Source: Malacoraja senta
Taxonomy: Eukaryota
NCBI GenBank assembly: GCA_038087875.1
Contig: CM075991.1
Coordinates: 7,504,001-7,568,000 of the forward strand
DNA length: 64,000 bases
Reading direction: 5' to 3'
Shown here: positions 13,171 through 25,959 of the stretch, one piece after another
Layout of the letters: the number at the start of each line of letters is the position of its first letter
How positions within the stretch are numbered: the stretch's first letter is position 1
The notes under the pieces: model-generated
The model's input: the letters and a program-made list of their open reading frames with translations, nothing else
The model's database searches: none
Told to the model about the DNA's origin: nothing
Position numbers and translations under genes: made by a program

Positions 13171-13760
13171 TATTGTCTTTCTGCTGACTGGATAGCATAC
13201 AACAAAACACGTAACAATAAACTAAACTGAACTGAAATGATCTAAAGTGAAAGAAAAAATGAGAGTGTAGCCAGGGTGATGTGGGTCTCTGGTGATGCTG
13301 CAGATGCCTTCAATGGTGGGAGGTTCAGTGCCTATGATAGACGTCTTGCAATCATCTTCAATTGTGAAGCTAGAGAAATGAATTCAGGTGGAAGGAACAA
13401 GTGTCAGCCACTGTTTGCTGACCAGTTGCATGGCTTTTTGTGGCATTCAAAACAAAATGCATTTCTATTTATCACCCTCCTTCAAATTTGTGTGCATTGA
13501 ATTGTCTCTCAACCCCGTTGTCAGGGAACAGATTTACAGTTTTTGTTTAATGTACTTCAAATGAATGATACTTTGAAAAATGCAATTAGAATCTCTTCCC
13601 TTAGTCCCAAATGGGCAATTAAAATGACAGATCTTAAATAGGCTGTTGTAAATGATGTGTTTGGCTATTAGACAGAATATAATTACTCAGTGTAAGTTAT
13701 AGTTTTTGAACAAATTTGGCGTAAGGGTTTACAAATCTAGCTTATCTTGATAGGTCCTCT

Positions 13761-14205
13761 CATAGAACATAGAACATAGAAAATAGGTGCAGGAGTAGGC
13801 CATTCGGCCTTTCGAGCTTGCACCGCCATTCAATATGATCATGGCTGATCATCCAACTCAGTATCCTGTACCTGCCTTCTCTCCATACCCCCTGATCCCT
13901 TTAGCCACGAAGGCCACATCTAACTCCCTCTTAAATATAGCCAATGAATTGGCCTCAACTACCTTCTGTGGCAGAGAATTCCACAGATTCACCACTCTCT
14001 GTGTGAAAAATGATTTTCTCATCTAGGTCCTAAAAGACTTCCCCCTTATCCTTAAACTGTGACCCCTTGTTCTGGACTTCCTCAAAATCTTCCTGAATCT
14101 AGCCTGTCCAACCCCTTAAAAATCTTGTACGTTTCTATAAGATCCCCCCTCAATCTTCTAAACTCTAGCGAGTGCAAGCCGAGTCTATCCAGTCTTTCTT
14201 CATAT
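13761..14205 (-). mobile_element. CR1 LINE 3' fragment
   Basis: Closely similar to 4650-5095; (CATAGAA) tail. Confidence 0.9.
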
Positions 14206-14487
14206 CCAGTCTCTCTCCATGCCTTCTGAAAGCATAGCCACATGCCAGCCAGTGCCCTCTCTGTGTTCCTGGATCACTCCTGCCTCTCAGCTAAATGCTG
14301 ACTGTATGAAACGGAGAGGCTATTCCAGGAGCGAGGGTCACCCCAACTGCTGTGCGGAGTTGTACATGAGTGAAAATCCACCATGATGTCTGGTCGCAGA
14401 GTAAGTGGCACGAACGTTCAGTCAGGGAGCTTAGTCTTTGTATTCACCAAGCAGCCATCTCTTTTGTCCCCCTGCCACAGAGCATTT

Positions 14488-14760
14488 AAGTTTAGTTTAC
14501 TCTAGAGGTACAGCGCGGAAACAGGCCCTTTAACCCACCGAGTCTGCGTCAATCAGCGATCCCCGCACACTAACACTATCCTACACACACTAGGGACATT
14601 TTACAATTATACCAAGCCAATTAACCTACAAACTGTGGGAGGAAACCGCAGTACCCAGAAAAAATCCCCGCATGTCACGGGGAGAACGTACAGTCAGGAT
14701 CGAACCTGGGTCTCTGCCGCTGGACGGCAGTAACTCTACCGCTGCACCACCGTGCTGCCC
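14488..14760 (-). mobile_element. tRNA-derived SINE (HE1/V-SINE-like)
   Basis: A and B boxes on the minus strand (taccgctgcaccaccgtgc, ggatcgaacc); CTAAA tail. Confidence 0.85.
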
Positions 14761-15371
14761 TCGAAGATGCTCATTCTGATATATATTCTCTTCAATTTCA
14801 TGTTAATGGTGTCAGTGTCAACTACTTCCAAGTTAGATAAAGCGTTGACAGGTGCTAAATGAAGGTGGCCTGTCAACATTGTAACCTCGAGCCTGCAGTG
14901 TATTGAATAGTTGCCAGTTTACAGCAGATATAGTCCCTTGCTGTGTGCCTGCTCCCAATGACATTATAACACAAATGGCAATGAAAACTATTCATTGGAG
15001 CTTTTACAGTTAACAGAATGGTCATGTTTGTTTGTAGAAACAAAGAACTGTAGTCGCTGGTTTATACCAAAGATAGACACAAAGTGCTGGAGTAACTCAG
15101 CGGGTCAGGCAGCATCTCTGGAGAAAAAGGATAGGTGACGATTCGGGTCAGAACCCATCTTCAGACTGAAAATATGGGGGGTGGGGGGGGGGGGGGTGGG
15201 AGGTGAAGAGCTGGAGGTGAGAAAAGTCCAGCACTAATTAGGGGCCACCACAAATAACCTCAGGCAGGGCCCTTTCAATCTGAAAAAGGGTCGGGACCCT
15301 CGGAAAATCACCTACCCATTTTCTCCAGAGATGCTGCCTGACCCGCTAAGTTACCCCAGCAATTTGGATCT

Positions 15372-15725
15372 ATCCCTCAGGTCCCTCAGATCAGCCGACT
15401 TGGGGTTACTGAACATCCCGCGGTCTAGGCATAAGCTCAGGAGCGACCGTGCCTTTGCGGTTGCAGCTCCTAGACTGTGGAACAGCATCCCTCTTCCCAT
15501 CAGGACTGCCCCCTCCATCGCCTCCTTTAAGTCAAGACTTAAAACTCATCTCTACTCCCAAGCCTTTCTTGACGTCCTCTGAGGGAGGGCTATATGTATG
15601 TATTTATGTATGTACTTAATCTATGAACCACTGTTGTATAACGTTAGTACCTCCACCAATGTAAAGCACTTTGGTTAACAAGAGTTGTTTTTCAAATGTG
15701 CTATAGAAATAAAAGTGACTTGACT
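15372..15725 (+). mobile_element. L2-clade LINE 3' fragment
   Basis: RSLRSAD..LNIPR..DRAFAVAAPRLWNSIP..FKSRLKTHL, then an L2-type 3' end tgtaaagcactttg...aaatgtgctatagaaataaa with a GACTT tail. Confidence 0.85.
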
Positions 15726-16357
15726 ATCTTTGGAGGAAACTCAGGTAAACCAGCATTTGCAGTTCTTTTTAAATATGTTAGGTTTCCTCCAGCCCCTCCA
15801 GCTTCCCCCCATATGGCAAATACGTACGGGTTGGTAGGTTGATTAACCACTGCTCCAAGTGTGTAGGGAATTGGGAGAATCATGAAAGAGTTGATGGGAA
15901 TTACAGCAGGATTGGTGTAAATGCCTACTTTGTGGTTGGTGTGGACAGGTGGGCTGAAACTCCTGATTCTTTTATCATTTCAATGTACTACGTTCAATGT
16001 ACAATGGTTGTTCTTAACAATAAATCAACAGAATAACAAAAAATTGGTTGCAAGCGGGTTTTGTTGATCTGCAACACAAACAGGTTGTGTTGGATGATAT
16101 GCTGTTGGGGGTGAGGGGTCATTGAGTGGAATAAACCACTCACTCTCCAGTTCAGATGAATGAAAGGTGATTTATATAAGATTCTGAGAGATACGACTGG
16201 ATTGATACTGTGTGGATATTCCCCATGGTGGGATAATTTAGAATGAGTGTACATGGTCTCAGGATTTGGGGTCAGACGTGGAACCGGTGGGCCTGTTTCT
16301 ACGCTGCATCTCTAAACTAAACTAAACTAAACTAAACTAAACTCCAAGAAGTATTTT

Positions 16358-16457
16358 GATCAGTCTGAAGAAGGGTTTCGGCCCGAAACGTTGCCTATTT
16401 CCTTCGCTCCATAGATGCTGCTGCACCCGCTGAGTTTCTCCAGCACTTTTGTCTACC
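16358..16457 (+). mobile_element. Penelope-derived short repeat with hammerhead-like core (UUCG-loop variant)
   Basis: CTGAAGA-A-GGGT-TTCG-GCCC-GAAACGTT at 16365; AAGTATTTT duplicated at 16349-16357 and 16458-16466. Confidence 0.75.
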
Positions 16458-17444
16458 AAGTATTTTCCTACACTTTGTGAGCTGTGATAGTTGACACTAT
16501 TGTGATTTTGTCAAATGCAACGGACATTTTGTGTGCAGTGATGATTCTCAAGCAGAAAAGAGGATCTGAGGGATTGAAAGTGTTGACACCGTGAAAAGGT
16601 TTCTAGTGATGGAAGAGTGCAGAACTAGTGACCATGGTCTCAGGATAAAGGGTCAGCAATATGGTGACTGGCCTTTGATTAATTTTATGTTGAATTGGCT
16701 GAGTTGATTATTGAGCACAGCTTTTCTTTGCCTTCAGTCTTGGTGTAATTTGCTGTCCAGTTAAGCTCCCGGCCGCAACCAAAGGATAACACTTCCAGCG
16801 ATGTAGTAGCAATATTACATCAAACCTCCACCTTACTGCAGTCAAGTCTACTTCACCAGTCTGAAGATGGGTCCAAACCCAAAACGTCACTTATCCATGT
16901 TCTCCAGAAATGCTGCCTGATCTGCTGAGTTAATTCAACAAAAATCATTAGAGATTGTAATAATTCCTAAACATATATCCAGTATTGTCAGCCTGTCAGG
17001 TGCATTGTCAACTAGTAGAAAAAAGAACTGTAGATGCTGGTTTACACAAAAAGGCACAAAGTGCTGGAGTAACTCATCGGGTTTAAAAGAGAGTTAGATA
17101 GAGCTCTTAGGATCCGCGGAATCAAGGGATATGGGGAGAAGACAGGAACGGGGTACTGATTGTGGATGACCAGCCATGATCACATTGAAAGGGGGTGCTG
17201 GCTCGAATGGCCTAATCCTGCACCTATTGTCTATGCATCTATGTATCTATGAAATGGATGACCCGTTTTGGGTCAGTAAGAAGGGTCCCGACCAAAACAT
17301 CCCCCATCAATTTTCTCCAGAGATGCTGCCTGACCCTTTGAGTTACTCCAGCACTTTGTGTTGGATTTGCAGTTCTTTGTTCCTACTAGTTCCTGTCCTT
17401 AAGTTAACGGTCATTTCATTCTTACCTGAGCTGGATTCATTATT

Positions 17445-17850
17445 TTAAGAAAGAACTGCAGATGCTGGAAAAATCGAAGGAAGACAAAAATGCTGGAGAA
17501 ACTCAGCGGGTGAGGCAGCATCTATGGAGCGAAGGAATAGGTGACGTTTCGGGTCGAGACATCAATTGGAGGAGCAGCACATCATATTTTGTTTGGGTAG
17601 TTTATACCCCAGCGGTATTAACATTGACTTCTCCAATTTTAGGTCGTCCTTGCTTTCTCCCTCTTTCCCCTCCCCTTCCCAGCTCTCCCATGGCACACTG
17701 TCTCCGCCTCTTCCTTTCTTCTTCCCACCCCCCACCCCCACTCCCACATCAGTCTGAAGAAGGGTCTCGACCCGAAACGTCACCTATTCCTTTGCTCCAT
17801 AGATGCTGCCTCACCCGCTGAGTTTCTCCAGCATTTTTGTCTGCCTTGGA
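17445..17850 (+). mobile_element. Penelope-like element 3' end with inverted pLTR copy
   Basis: Peptide EEQHIIFCLGSLYPSGINIDFSNF (end of GIY-YIG domain), 3' UTR with hammerhead-like core at 17754, and an inverted copy of the same repeat at 17445-17560. Confidence 0.85.
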
Positions 17851-19725
17851 TTCTTTATTTATTCAGTGTATTGTAAACCACAATATTTGCTGCTCCAGCA
17901 CATTTCCTTTGCTCAAATTTAAGATATCTTTCCTTGAATTATTCATGCATCTGCAAACTTCTAATAATGAAACACAGTGTAGCTAACTTTGCAGTGCACC
18001 TCACAATATATGAATAGCAGGGGTTTAGTAACAGATCACTCCCGACATATCCCTTGTTGGTTTTCTCCTCAATGGCAATTTTTGGTTCCACAACGTCAAA
18101 GCACTTCTTACTGTGAACAATATCTTTTGTGGTGAAATTTGTGCTGAGTAAGCTTGCAGTCAAGGAGGATAAAAAAAAGACTTCCATGAAAATAGTGACT
18201 TTCACATTGCTATCAAGACATCCTAAAAGGCTTTAAAGCCAAAGAAATTCAGTTGAAGTGGAGTCAATATCTGTTATGCAACCAAATTGCAAATACCTAG
18301 TAAAGCACGGAGTGCAAACTAAAGGACAACTCAGCCAAGATTTTAGTTTTGAGATACAGCGTGGAACCAGGCCCTTCAGCCGAATGGGTCCACGCTGACC
18401 AATGGTCACGCTTACACCAGTTCTATGTTCTCTCATTTTCACATCCTGCACACTAGGGACAATTTACAGAAGCCAATTAACCTATAATTAAAGAACAGCA
18501 CATGCTGGTTAATATACAAAAGGACAAAATGTGCTGGAGCAGCTCAGTGGGTCAGGCAGCATCTCTGGAGAACATGAATAGGTGACATTTGGGGTCTAGA
18601 CCCTTCTTCAGGCTAACCTGCACGACTTTGGAATGTGGAAGGAAACCGGAGAAAACCCACACGGTCAAAGGGAGAATGCACAAACTCCGCACAGATAATA
18701 CCAGACGACAGAATCGAACCTGGGTCTCTGGTGCTACAAGGCAGCTGCACTACCACTGTGCCACTATGTGACTGCTATCTAATGACTTTTTGAGGATATG
18801 GTTATTAGGTAAAGTCAGTCCAAAAATCTGTTCCACAACTGAATAATATGGTGTTTGTTTTGTTTCCTCTGGCATTGTATAGTTTAACACATGGATGATA
18901 ACTTTCAAATTGTGGTGTTACTGTATCATAAATGTGCACAACAGAGAAGGAGGCCATTTGGCCCATCATAACGTGCTGCTCTGATCACTTTATAAATCTA
19001 GTAACACAGGTTTAAGGTATGGTGGGGGGGGGGGGGGTGTTGAAGATATAATAGGAACCTGAGGGGCAAATTTTTTACACAGAGGGTGGAGGTATATGGA
19101 ACAAGCTGCCGGAGGACATAGGTGAGGCAAGTTTAAAGGACAATGTTTAAAGAACATTTGAAAAGGTACATGGATGGAATATGTTTAGAGGCATATGGGT
19201 CAAACGCAGGCAGGTGGGAATAGTGTAGATGGAACACGTTGGTCAGCACGGGCAAGTTGGGCCAAAGGGCCTGTTTCCACACTGTGTGACTCCTAGACTC
19301 TATGTCTCTAATGCATCATCTTTATCATCTTCAAGCACCAGGAAAAAACTCCTCCTCCTCTTTCTAATTCATACTTTATCCTTGCCCACTGTTTCAGACC
19401 TGTCAGCTGAGGGAAAAGGGCTCATCATATTTACTCTGATGAGGCCCTTTATATACCTCTTTACTAAAAGACCGTTGCCACTCAGAGTTGCCACTCAACA
19501 TCCTTGCAAATCTCCTCTGCACTTTCTCCAGTGCAAATGGATAAGTGTTGCCATCACAGTGATACAGTGGGTACAATGGATAGAGTTGCTGTCTCATAAC
19601 GCCAGAGACACGGGTTCGATCCTGATTATGGTTGCTATCTGTGCGGGGTTTGTAGTTTCTCCATGTAACCGCGTGAGTTTTCTCCGGGCGCTCCACTTCC
19701 CTCCCACATCCCAAAGACATTGTAA

Positions 19726-20313
19726 AGGCTCTGTCTTACCTGTTTGCGGTCATCGGCGGTGAAGCGCAGCGTCGCCGGTAGCGGGGACCGCATGTCAACG
19801 GCGAGAACGCCGAGCCTATCCACTGGAGCGCCGCACGGATGCTGCGCGGGGGCCGAGTAATTCAAACACGGCGAGTCCCACGTGCTTGCGGTAAGTAAAA
19901 AAAAGGGCGGGCCGACTGCGATGGCGTCGGCCCGCCGCACGTGACTCACTAGCGGCGGCTGTGGCGGCGGCCGTCCTGATCGCGGCGCTGTAGCGGTGGC
20001 TGTGCCTGCGGCCGTGCCGCACAAGTGCCTCACTGGCGGAGGCACGTGCCTCACTGGCGGAGGCTGTGGCAGTGGAGGTTTGACGCACGGCGCTCGAGCC
20101 ACACTGGCGGCGGCCCGTGCGGGCGGCCGTGCCGCACTCGTGCATCACTGGTGGAGGTTGTGCGGTAAGATTATTGTTTTCAACATTGTCGGTTTTATTT
20201 TAGCACCATGCGGTGTTGGGAACACCGCCGCACTGCCCCGGAATTGTACGTTCTATGGCGGCAGATTCTTCCCGTTTCGCCGCCAATGACCGCAGACTCG
20301 TGAGACAGGCCTT
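19726..20313. mobile_element. GC/CpG-rich PIF/Harbinger-type MITE inside a SINE
   Basis: Imperfect TIRs aggctctgtcttacctgtttgcggtcatcggcg / cgccaatgaccgcagactcgtgagacaggcctt; TAA at 19723-19725 and 20314-20316. Confidence 0.75.
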
Positions 20314-20396
20314 TAAGTTAAGTGGATCTGTAAATTCCCCCTAGTATGTAGAAAGCAAAAGTGAGGTAACATTGAACTAATGCACGGGTGATAGAT

Positions 20397-20480
20397 CTGA
20401 AGAAGGGTCTCGACCCGAAACGTCGCCTATTCCTTCTTTCCATAGATGCTGCCTCACCCGCTGAGTTTCTCCAGCAACTT
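20397..20480 (+). mobile_element. Minimal Penelope-derived hammerhead unit inserted in a SINE
   Basis: Starts exactly at CTGAAGAAGGGTCTCGACCCGAAACGTC; flanked by TGATAGAT (20389-20396) and TGATCGAT (20481-20488). Confidence 0.7.
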
Positions 20481-20778
20481 TGATCGATGGTCAGTGTGGA
20501 CTTGATGGGCCTGATGGGCCTGTTTCCAAGTGACCTGAATAACATAACACTTAACCTGTGGCCTCCCCACTCATATATTCTGTACCATTGAATTAACTTG
20601 ATAGATTGAGTGAATAAGCAGACTGTAACGACGCATGAAGCAGTTTTATTCCACCATTCTGATGGTGGTAACTTGATGGTCACTTGGATGATGCTCAGCA
20701 GCCAACGATAGGAAAATTGCAGCCACCTTTGCATCTTCCCTTGTGGGCACTTGCTACCGGCTTTCAGAGTTCAATGTC

Positions 20779-21816
20779 TAGCAATGTTACAAAATTTTGA
20801 GATTTTAAAAATAAAGTCTGCAATTTATCCCATCAGATAAAGCATAAAAAGAAGTTTAATTTGACACCTAATTCACTTTCATATCTTCAGTATTAAAGAA
20901 GTTATGGCCATTTTCATACTCGGAAATTAGCATCTTGTTCCCTATTGCTTTTCCATTGACTTAACACAAAAGCTGTGATCGAGGACAGTTAAAAGCCCAT
21001 AGCTTTCTTAAAAATTAAGATAACTGAAAGAAATTTTCAGTTATTATAGATTGAAGCATTCTGAAACAAATATGAAACAATCTTACTTAGAAGACATGAA
21101 AGTAAAGCATATAATTAGTTAGTTACCTAATTGTAGCTAATTACAAAATTCAATTACTAGATCTAAACATCTACCAATTTCTTAAGAATAGATTAACATT
21201 TTTAAATAGCCTGTGTCCAAATAACATTCACACAATAATTCACAATATAACATAATTTTTAAATCTCATTTTCATGAATTTACAGGCCAAATGGAAGGAA
21301 TTGAATGTTTAATACCTGTAAATTAATGGGCATTTAAATCATCTTGTGAGTGAGGATTTCTGGAACACGATCTTTTGGAACGTTGATTTGCGGTGAATTT
21401 AAGCCCGTATTGGCATGAAAAATGCTGCCGTTAATTCGGGGAATAAAATCATCGTGTCGCATGAAAAAATGTGAATTAAAGGCTTCTTAAGAAGCACTTT
21501 TATACATTTAAAGAAACCACTTTCGTTTACCTGTCCCGTGTGTGAAATCCGTCCTTGTTATCGGCGTTGGCGCTTCAGGAGCTGCTTTTAAAATTACTCC
21601 AGCGCTGACATTGACGATTTAATAAAAATAAAAAATACACAAAATGCCACTAGGAACGATTCTTCAGCCAACGCTTGTACTCCAACAAAATATTAACCAG
21701 GACAAGGGAGGAGAAACCCGCGTTTTAACCCCGCCCCCCTTAAAGGTGCCAAAATCGCGCACACGGCCAGTGGCAGAATTACAGCGCGACTGAAGGTAAG
21801 TTTTGTAACATACCTA
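20779..21816. mobile_element. Non-autonomous DNA transposon, TAG...CTA termini (hAT-like, assignment uncertain)
   Basis: 16-bp TIR tagcaatgttacaaaa / ttttgtaacataccta (14/16 match); CAATGTC at 20772-20778 and 21817-21823; no transposase ORF. Confidence 0.8.
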
Positions 21817-22929
21817 CAATGTCTAATCTTGGCTTCGACAAATTTGGCCGATGCAAGACTCACAGTGCTGGAGTTAATTAGGTCAGGCAGCATCTCTGGA
21901 GATCATGGATAGGCGATGTTTCAGGTTGGGACTTTTCCTCTGATTGTATGTAATATCCAGTTCAACACAAAAAAAGTTACATTGATTGATCTGGACTTTT
22001 ACACATTTCTGGTTGTTTTTTTTAACATTTTTTGATTAATTAATTAATGATTAATTGCCGGTGTAGTGTGTTATTATATTGGCTGCAGGAACTGATATAT
22101 ATTAATACTTATTTTATTCTGTTGATTTATTTTAATATGCGAGTGCATTTGTTTTTGCATTGTACAGTAAAACCGTTTGTCCAACAAAGGATATTGCTTC
22201 ACTTCAGTAAACCCATTGCTGACCAGTTCATACATTAATATCACACATCATTACTCACCCTAATACAGATGGTCAATAATACTCCGGGTTGACTCCGCAA
22301 TAGAAAACTAACCGCAAGTAAACATCACTCGCTAATTCAGTTTAATGAAACTTTGAGGAAACCTTTGCTGAGTGTGCTGTAATCATCAAAACTTGATGCA
22401 CTTCCAATCCCTACTTTTTCTTCAAGTATTTTCCTAATGTGGTCTTCTATCCTACCTGTCAAACATACGTTGAAAAAGGGCGGCACAGTGGCACAGCGAA
22501 AGAGTTGCTGCTTAACAGTGCCAGAGACCTGGGTTCAATCCTGGCTATGGGTGCTGTCTGCATGGAGTTTGTATGTTCCACCTGTGACCCTCCCACATTC
22601 TGAAGACGTGCAGGTTTGCATGTTAATTGACTTCTGGTAAATTGTCCCTAATGTGTAGGACGATCGCTGGTTAGCGTGAACTTGGTGGGCTGAAGGGCCT
22701 GATTCCACACTGTATCTCCAAACTAAACCATTGAATGAAATGTCACTGAACACCATTCAGCTCAGCATACATTTGTCGGCATTTTAAAAGAATTACCCAA
22801 ATCCAACCAGTTCCCCATTCTCTACGCTTGTAAATGTTATCCTTTCATGTATTTATCCAATTGTCTTCTGGTAAATGTATTTTCACCAGTTCATGCCAGA
22901 TCACTAACCAAGACTGTTTTATTGTTATA

Positions 22930-23930
22930 CTAGACTAAGTGGGACCTCCCAGATTCACAAGGGAGGGCTGGTCCCCCAATGCAATATTCCACCTCTCCAC
23001 CAATTCCAATATTGGTGGCCAGTGGGGCGATGGGGGGGGACGCTTTCTGGAGCGCTAGCATGGGTGTTGTGGGTCAAGTCAAGTCAAGCACAGTGAGTGC
23101 AGGGCCAACAATCCATTTCAATCCATTTCAAGTCAAGTCAATCCACTTCATGTCAAGTCAAGTCAATCCACTTCAAGTCAAATCAAGTCAATCCTCTTCA
23201 AGTCAAGTCAATCCATTTCAAGGGCAGGCCAAACAACTCACGGCATTGTCATTTCATTTCCAATTTTGCATTGCAGTTTCAAGCACAGACAGGGCACGCC
23301 AAACAACTCATGGCATTGTCATTTCATTTTCAATTTTGCATTGCAGTTTCAAGAACAGGCCGGGCAGGCCAAACAACTCATGGTGTTGTCATTTCATTTC
23401 CAAGTTTGCATTGCAGTTTCAAGCACAGGCAGGACAGGCCAAACAACTCATGGCATTGTTATTTCATTTCCAATTTCGCATTGCAGTTTCACGCACAGGC
23501 ATGGGGCAGGCCAAACAACTTATGCCATTTTCATTAAGGGCTAACAAATCATTTATTGCAAGTACATTGCAGACTCACAGTTCAGTTGATTCACAGCTTG
23601 GAATCACAGTTGTGGCCCCTCCCTCACGATCTTCCAGAGTGACTGACTCGCATCCGGGCATCTGGGGTTTTATAGTCCTGCCCCCCGCCCAGAAGGGGTG
23701 TTACCTTGATCATGGTGATTGACAGGCGAGAGGACCAATCAGCTGATCTCAAGATTTTTTAAACACTCATAACTTTTTTATTTTTCATCGATCGGAAAAA
23801 TCCTCCGGGCAGCGGAGGAGGACTGTGAGTAAGATGGACAAAAATCATAGCGATATAGGGTAGCATTTTTTCTAAAATCAATATACAGTGCAGACAGGAA
23901 CTGGTCAAGATGAGACTTTTAGTTATATAG
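22930..23930 (-). mobile_element. Non-autonomous Helitron-like element
   Basis: Minus strand starts CTATATAACTAAAA and ends ggtcccacttagtCTAG. Inserted between A and T with no TSD; the flanks rejoin to a repeat also seen at 31143-31200. Confidence 0.7.
23074..23530. repeat. (CAAGT)n-derived microsatellite plus about 70-bp minisatellite inside the Helitron-like element
   Basis: caagtcaagtcaatcca repeats at 23074-23220; unit ggccaaacaactcatggcattgtcatttcatttccaattttgcattgcagtttcaagcacagg, four full copies plus a partial one. Confidence 0.95.
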
Positions 23931-24141
23931 TGGTCCTGAAACTGCAATGTGAAATTCTTACTTGTAGCAACACAACAGACATATAAAGATAAAGATACTG
24001 TAAGATTCCTCGTGTCACTTCTGGTCATTTTGCCATTCAATTTAAATCTGCGTCATTTGGTTATCTTTATGCCACTGGTAACAGCCTCTGCCAAATTTCC
24101 TCTCAGCGGTCTCCATTTTAAGGAGAACAATCTCAGCTTTT

Positions 24142-24445
24142 GGGCGGCACGGTGGCGCAGCGGGAGAGTTGCCGCCTTACAGCGCCAGAAACCCGCCGTC
24201 GATCCTGACTATGGGCGCTGTCTGTATGAGTTTATACATTCTCCCCGTGACCTGAGTGGGGTTTCTCCAGGTTCTCCGATTTCCTCCCACACTTCAAAAA
24301 CGTACAGGTTTGTAGGTTTATTGGTTTGTTATAATTGTAAATTGTCCCTAGTGTGTAGGATAGTGTAAGTGTGATGTGATCGCTGGTCAGCGTGGACTCG
24401 GTGGGCTGAAGGGCCTGTTTCCAAGCTGTATCTCTAAAACTAAAC
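24142..24445 (+). mobile_element. tRNA-derived SINE (HE1/V-SINE-like), full length
   Basis: gggcggcacggTGGCGCAGCGG A box, degenerate B box gtcgatcc, tail ctgtatctctaaaactaaa. Confidence 0.9.
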
Positions 24446-25548
24446 ATTTCCAAGTGAAAATCTGTCGGGTATAACAGCCTCCTGCAGGTGGGGAAAAGTT
24501 TTCAATATTTGCATTGGTGTAAAACCTTATCACATCTCAACTCAGTGCATTTTATTCCATTTTAAACCACAGCAGCTATGCCATAGCAGCTCGAACAAGA
24601 TCTCCTAGACACTCCTATGGTGAATGATCATGATGGATTGTTTGATAATGTGGGAGATGCAGGCCAATACAACCTGACAAGGCATATTTCAAAGGATCAT
24701 TTTGTTTTATCTTTAAAATAAATACTGGATCTTCAGTAGGAATGATAATACGTCTCTCCTTCTTGTGCTTCAATTTGTTTTCAATGGTTTTCAAGACATT
24801 AGATTGAACTGATAGGATGGAGAAAGAGAGAGAATGATTTTCTACAGATTGACACAAAATGCTGGAGTTGCTCAGCGGGACAGGCAGCATCTCTGAATAG
24901 AAGGAATGGGTGACGTTTCAGTCGAGATCCTTCTTCAGACTAAGAGTCAGGCGAGAGGGAGGCCCAGAGATAAGGAAGAGTAAGGTGTGAAAACGAGACA
25001 TCAAAGGGGATGCAGTTTAGGCTTCTGGAACTCGAGACAAAGTAATTAGAGCTAAGCCTTTCCGGAGTGAAGATCGCAAACGCTCTAAATAGGGATGAAG
25101 TACCGTAGTTCAACTTTCAATCTGAGAATGATAGATTTTTGTTAAAAGTATTAAGAGATTACATTTGAACTGATGGTAGACAAAAATGCTGGAGGAACTC
25201 AGCGGGTGAGGCAGCATCTACAGAACAAAGGAATAGGTGACGTTTCAGGACGAGACCCTTATGGATGACCTTTAATGGACCCTTAAGGGTCCATAGATGC
25301 TGCCTCACCCACTGAGTTTCTCCAGCATTTTTGTCTACCTTCGATTTTTCCAGCATCTGCAGTTCTTTCTTAAACATGGGAACTGATGATTATATCAAGT
25401 TACACCAAAGAAAAGCCATGATAGCAAATGGCATAAACATGGGTGTAAATAGTTTCCCCGACTTCCTTTGTTCCCACATTTCCAACAAGATTGTATTAAA
25501 TTGAGGTGCAGATGGCCCAATGCTAACTAACACTTCAATACTTATTGT

Positions 25549-25959
25549 AATGAAATGTCCTCATTCTTCAGGGAACGGGGGTTCCCCTCCTCCACCATAG
25601 ATGAGGCTCGCACCAGGGTCTCTGCCATACCCCGCAACACTGCTCTCTCTCCCCATCCCCCCACTCACAACAAGGGCAGAGTCCCCCTAGTCCTCACCTT
25701 TCACCCCACCAGCCGTCACATACAACAAGTGATCCTCCGACAGTTTCGCCACCTCCAACGTGACCCCACCACTCGCCACATCTTCCCATCTCCCCCCATG
25801 TCTGCCTTCCGCAAAGACCGCTCCCTCCGTAACTGCCTTGTCAATTCTTCCCTTCCCTCCCATACCACCCCCTCCCCTGGTACTTTCCCTTGCAACCGCA
25901 AGAGATGCAACACTTGTCCCTTCACCCCCCCCCCCTCTACTCCATTCAAGGTCCCATCT
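25549..25959 (+). mobile_element. Penelope-like (Neptune-type) internal ORF fragment: RT C-terminus and Cys-rich linker
   Basis: MSSFFRERGFPSSTIDEA..RVPLVLTFHP..FRHLQRDP..IFPSPPMSAFRKDRSLRN.LV..GTFPCNRKRCNTCP; 16-bp direct repeat CTTCAATACTTATTGT at 25533-25548 and 25960-25975. Confidence 0.9.

Noticed and set aside
19635..20289. Overlapping Ala/Pro/Arg-rich ORFs and a possible CpG-island promoter
   Set aside because: The GC-rich segment is bounded by TIRs and TAA duplications; it is a MITE.
22979..23722. 247-aa ORF and CRISPR-like regular repeats
   Set aside because: Tandem minisatellite with no unique spacers, no cas genes, eukaryotic context; the ORF is a by-product of the repeat.
24142..24215. 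tRNA-like A/B boxes at SINE heads
   Set aside because: No complete cloverleaf, and each continues into the SINE body, so these are not tRNA genes.
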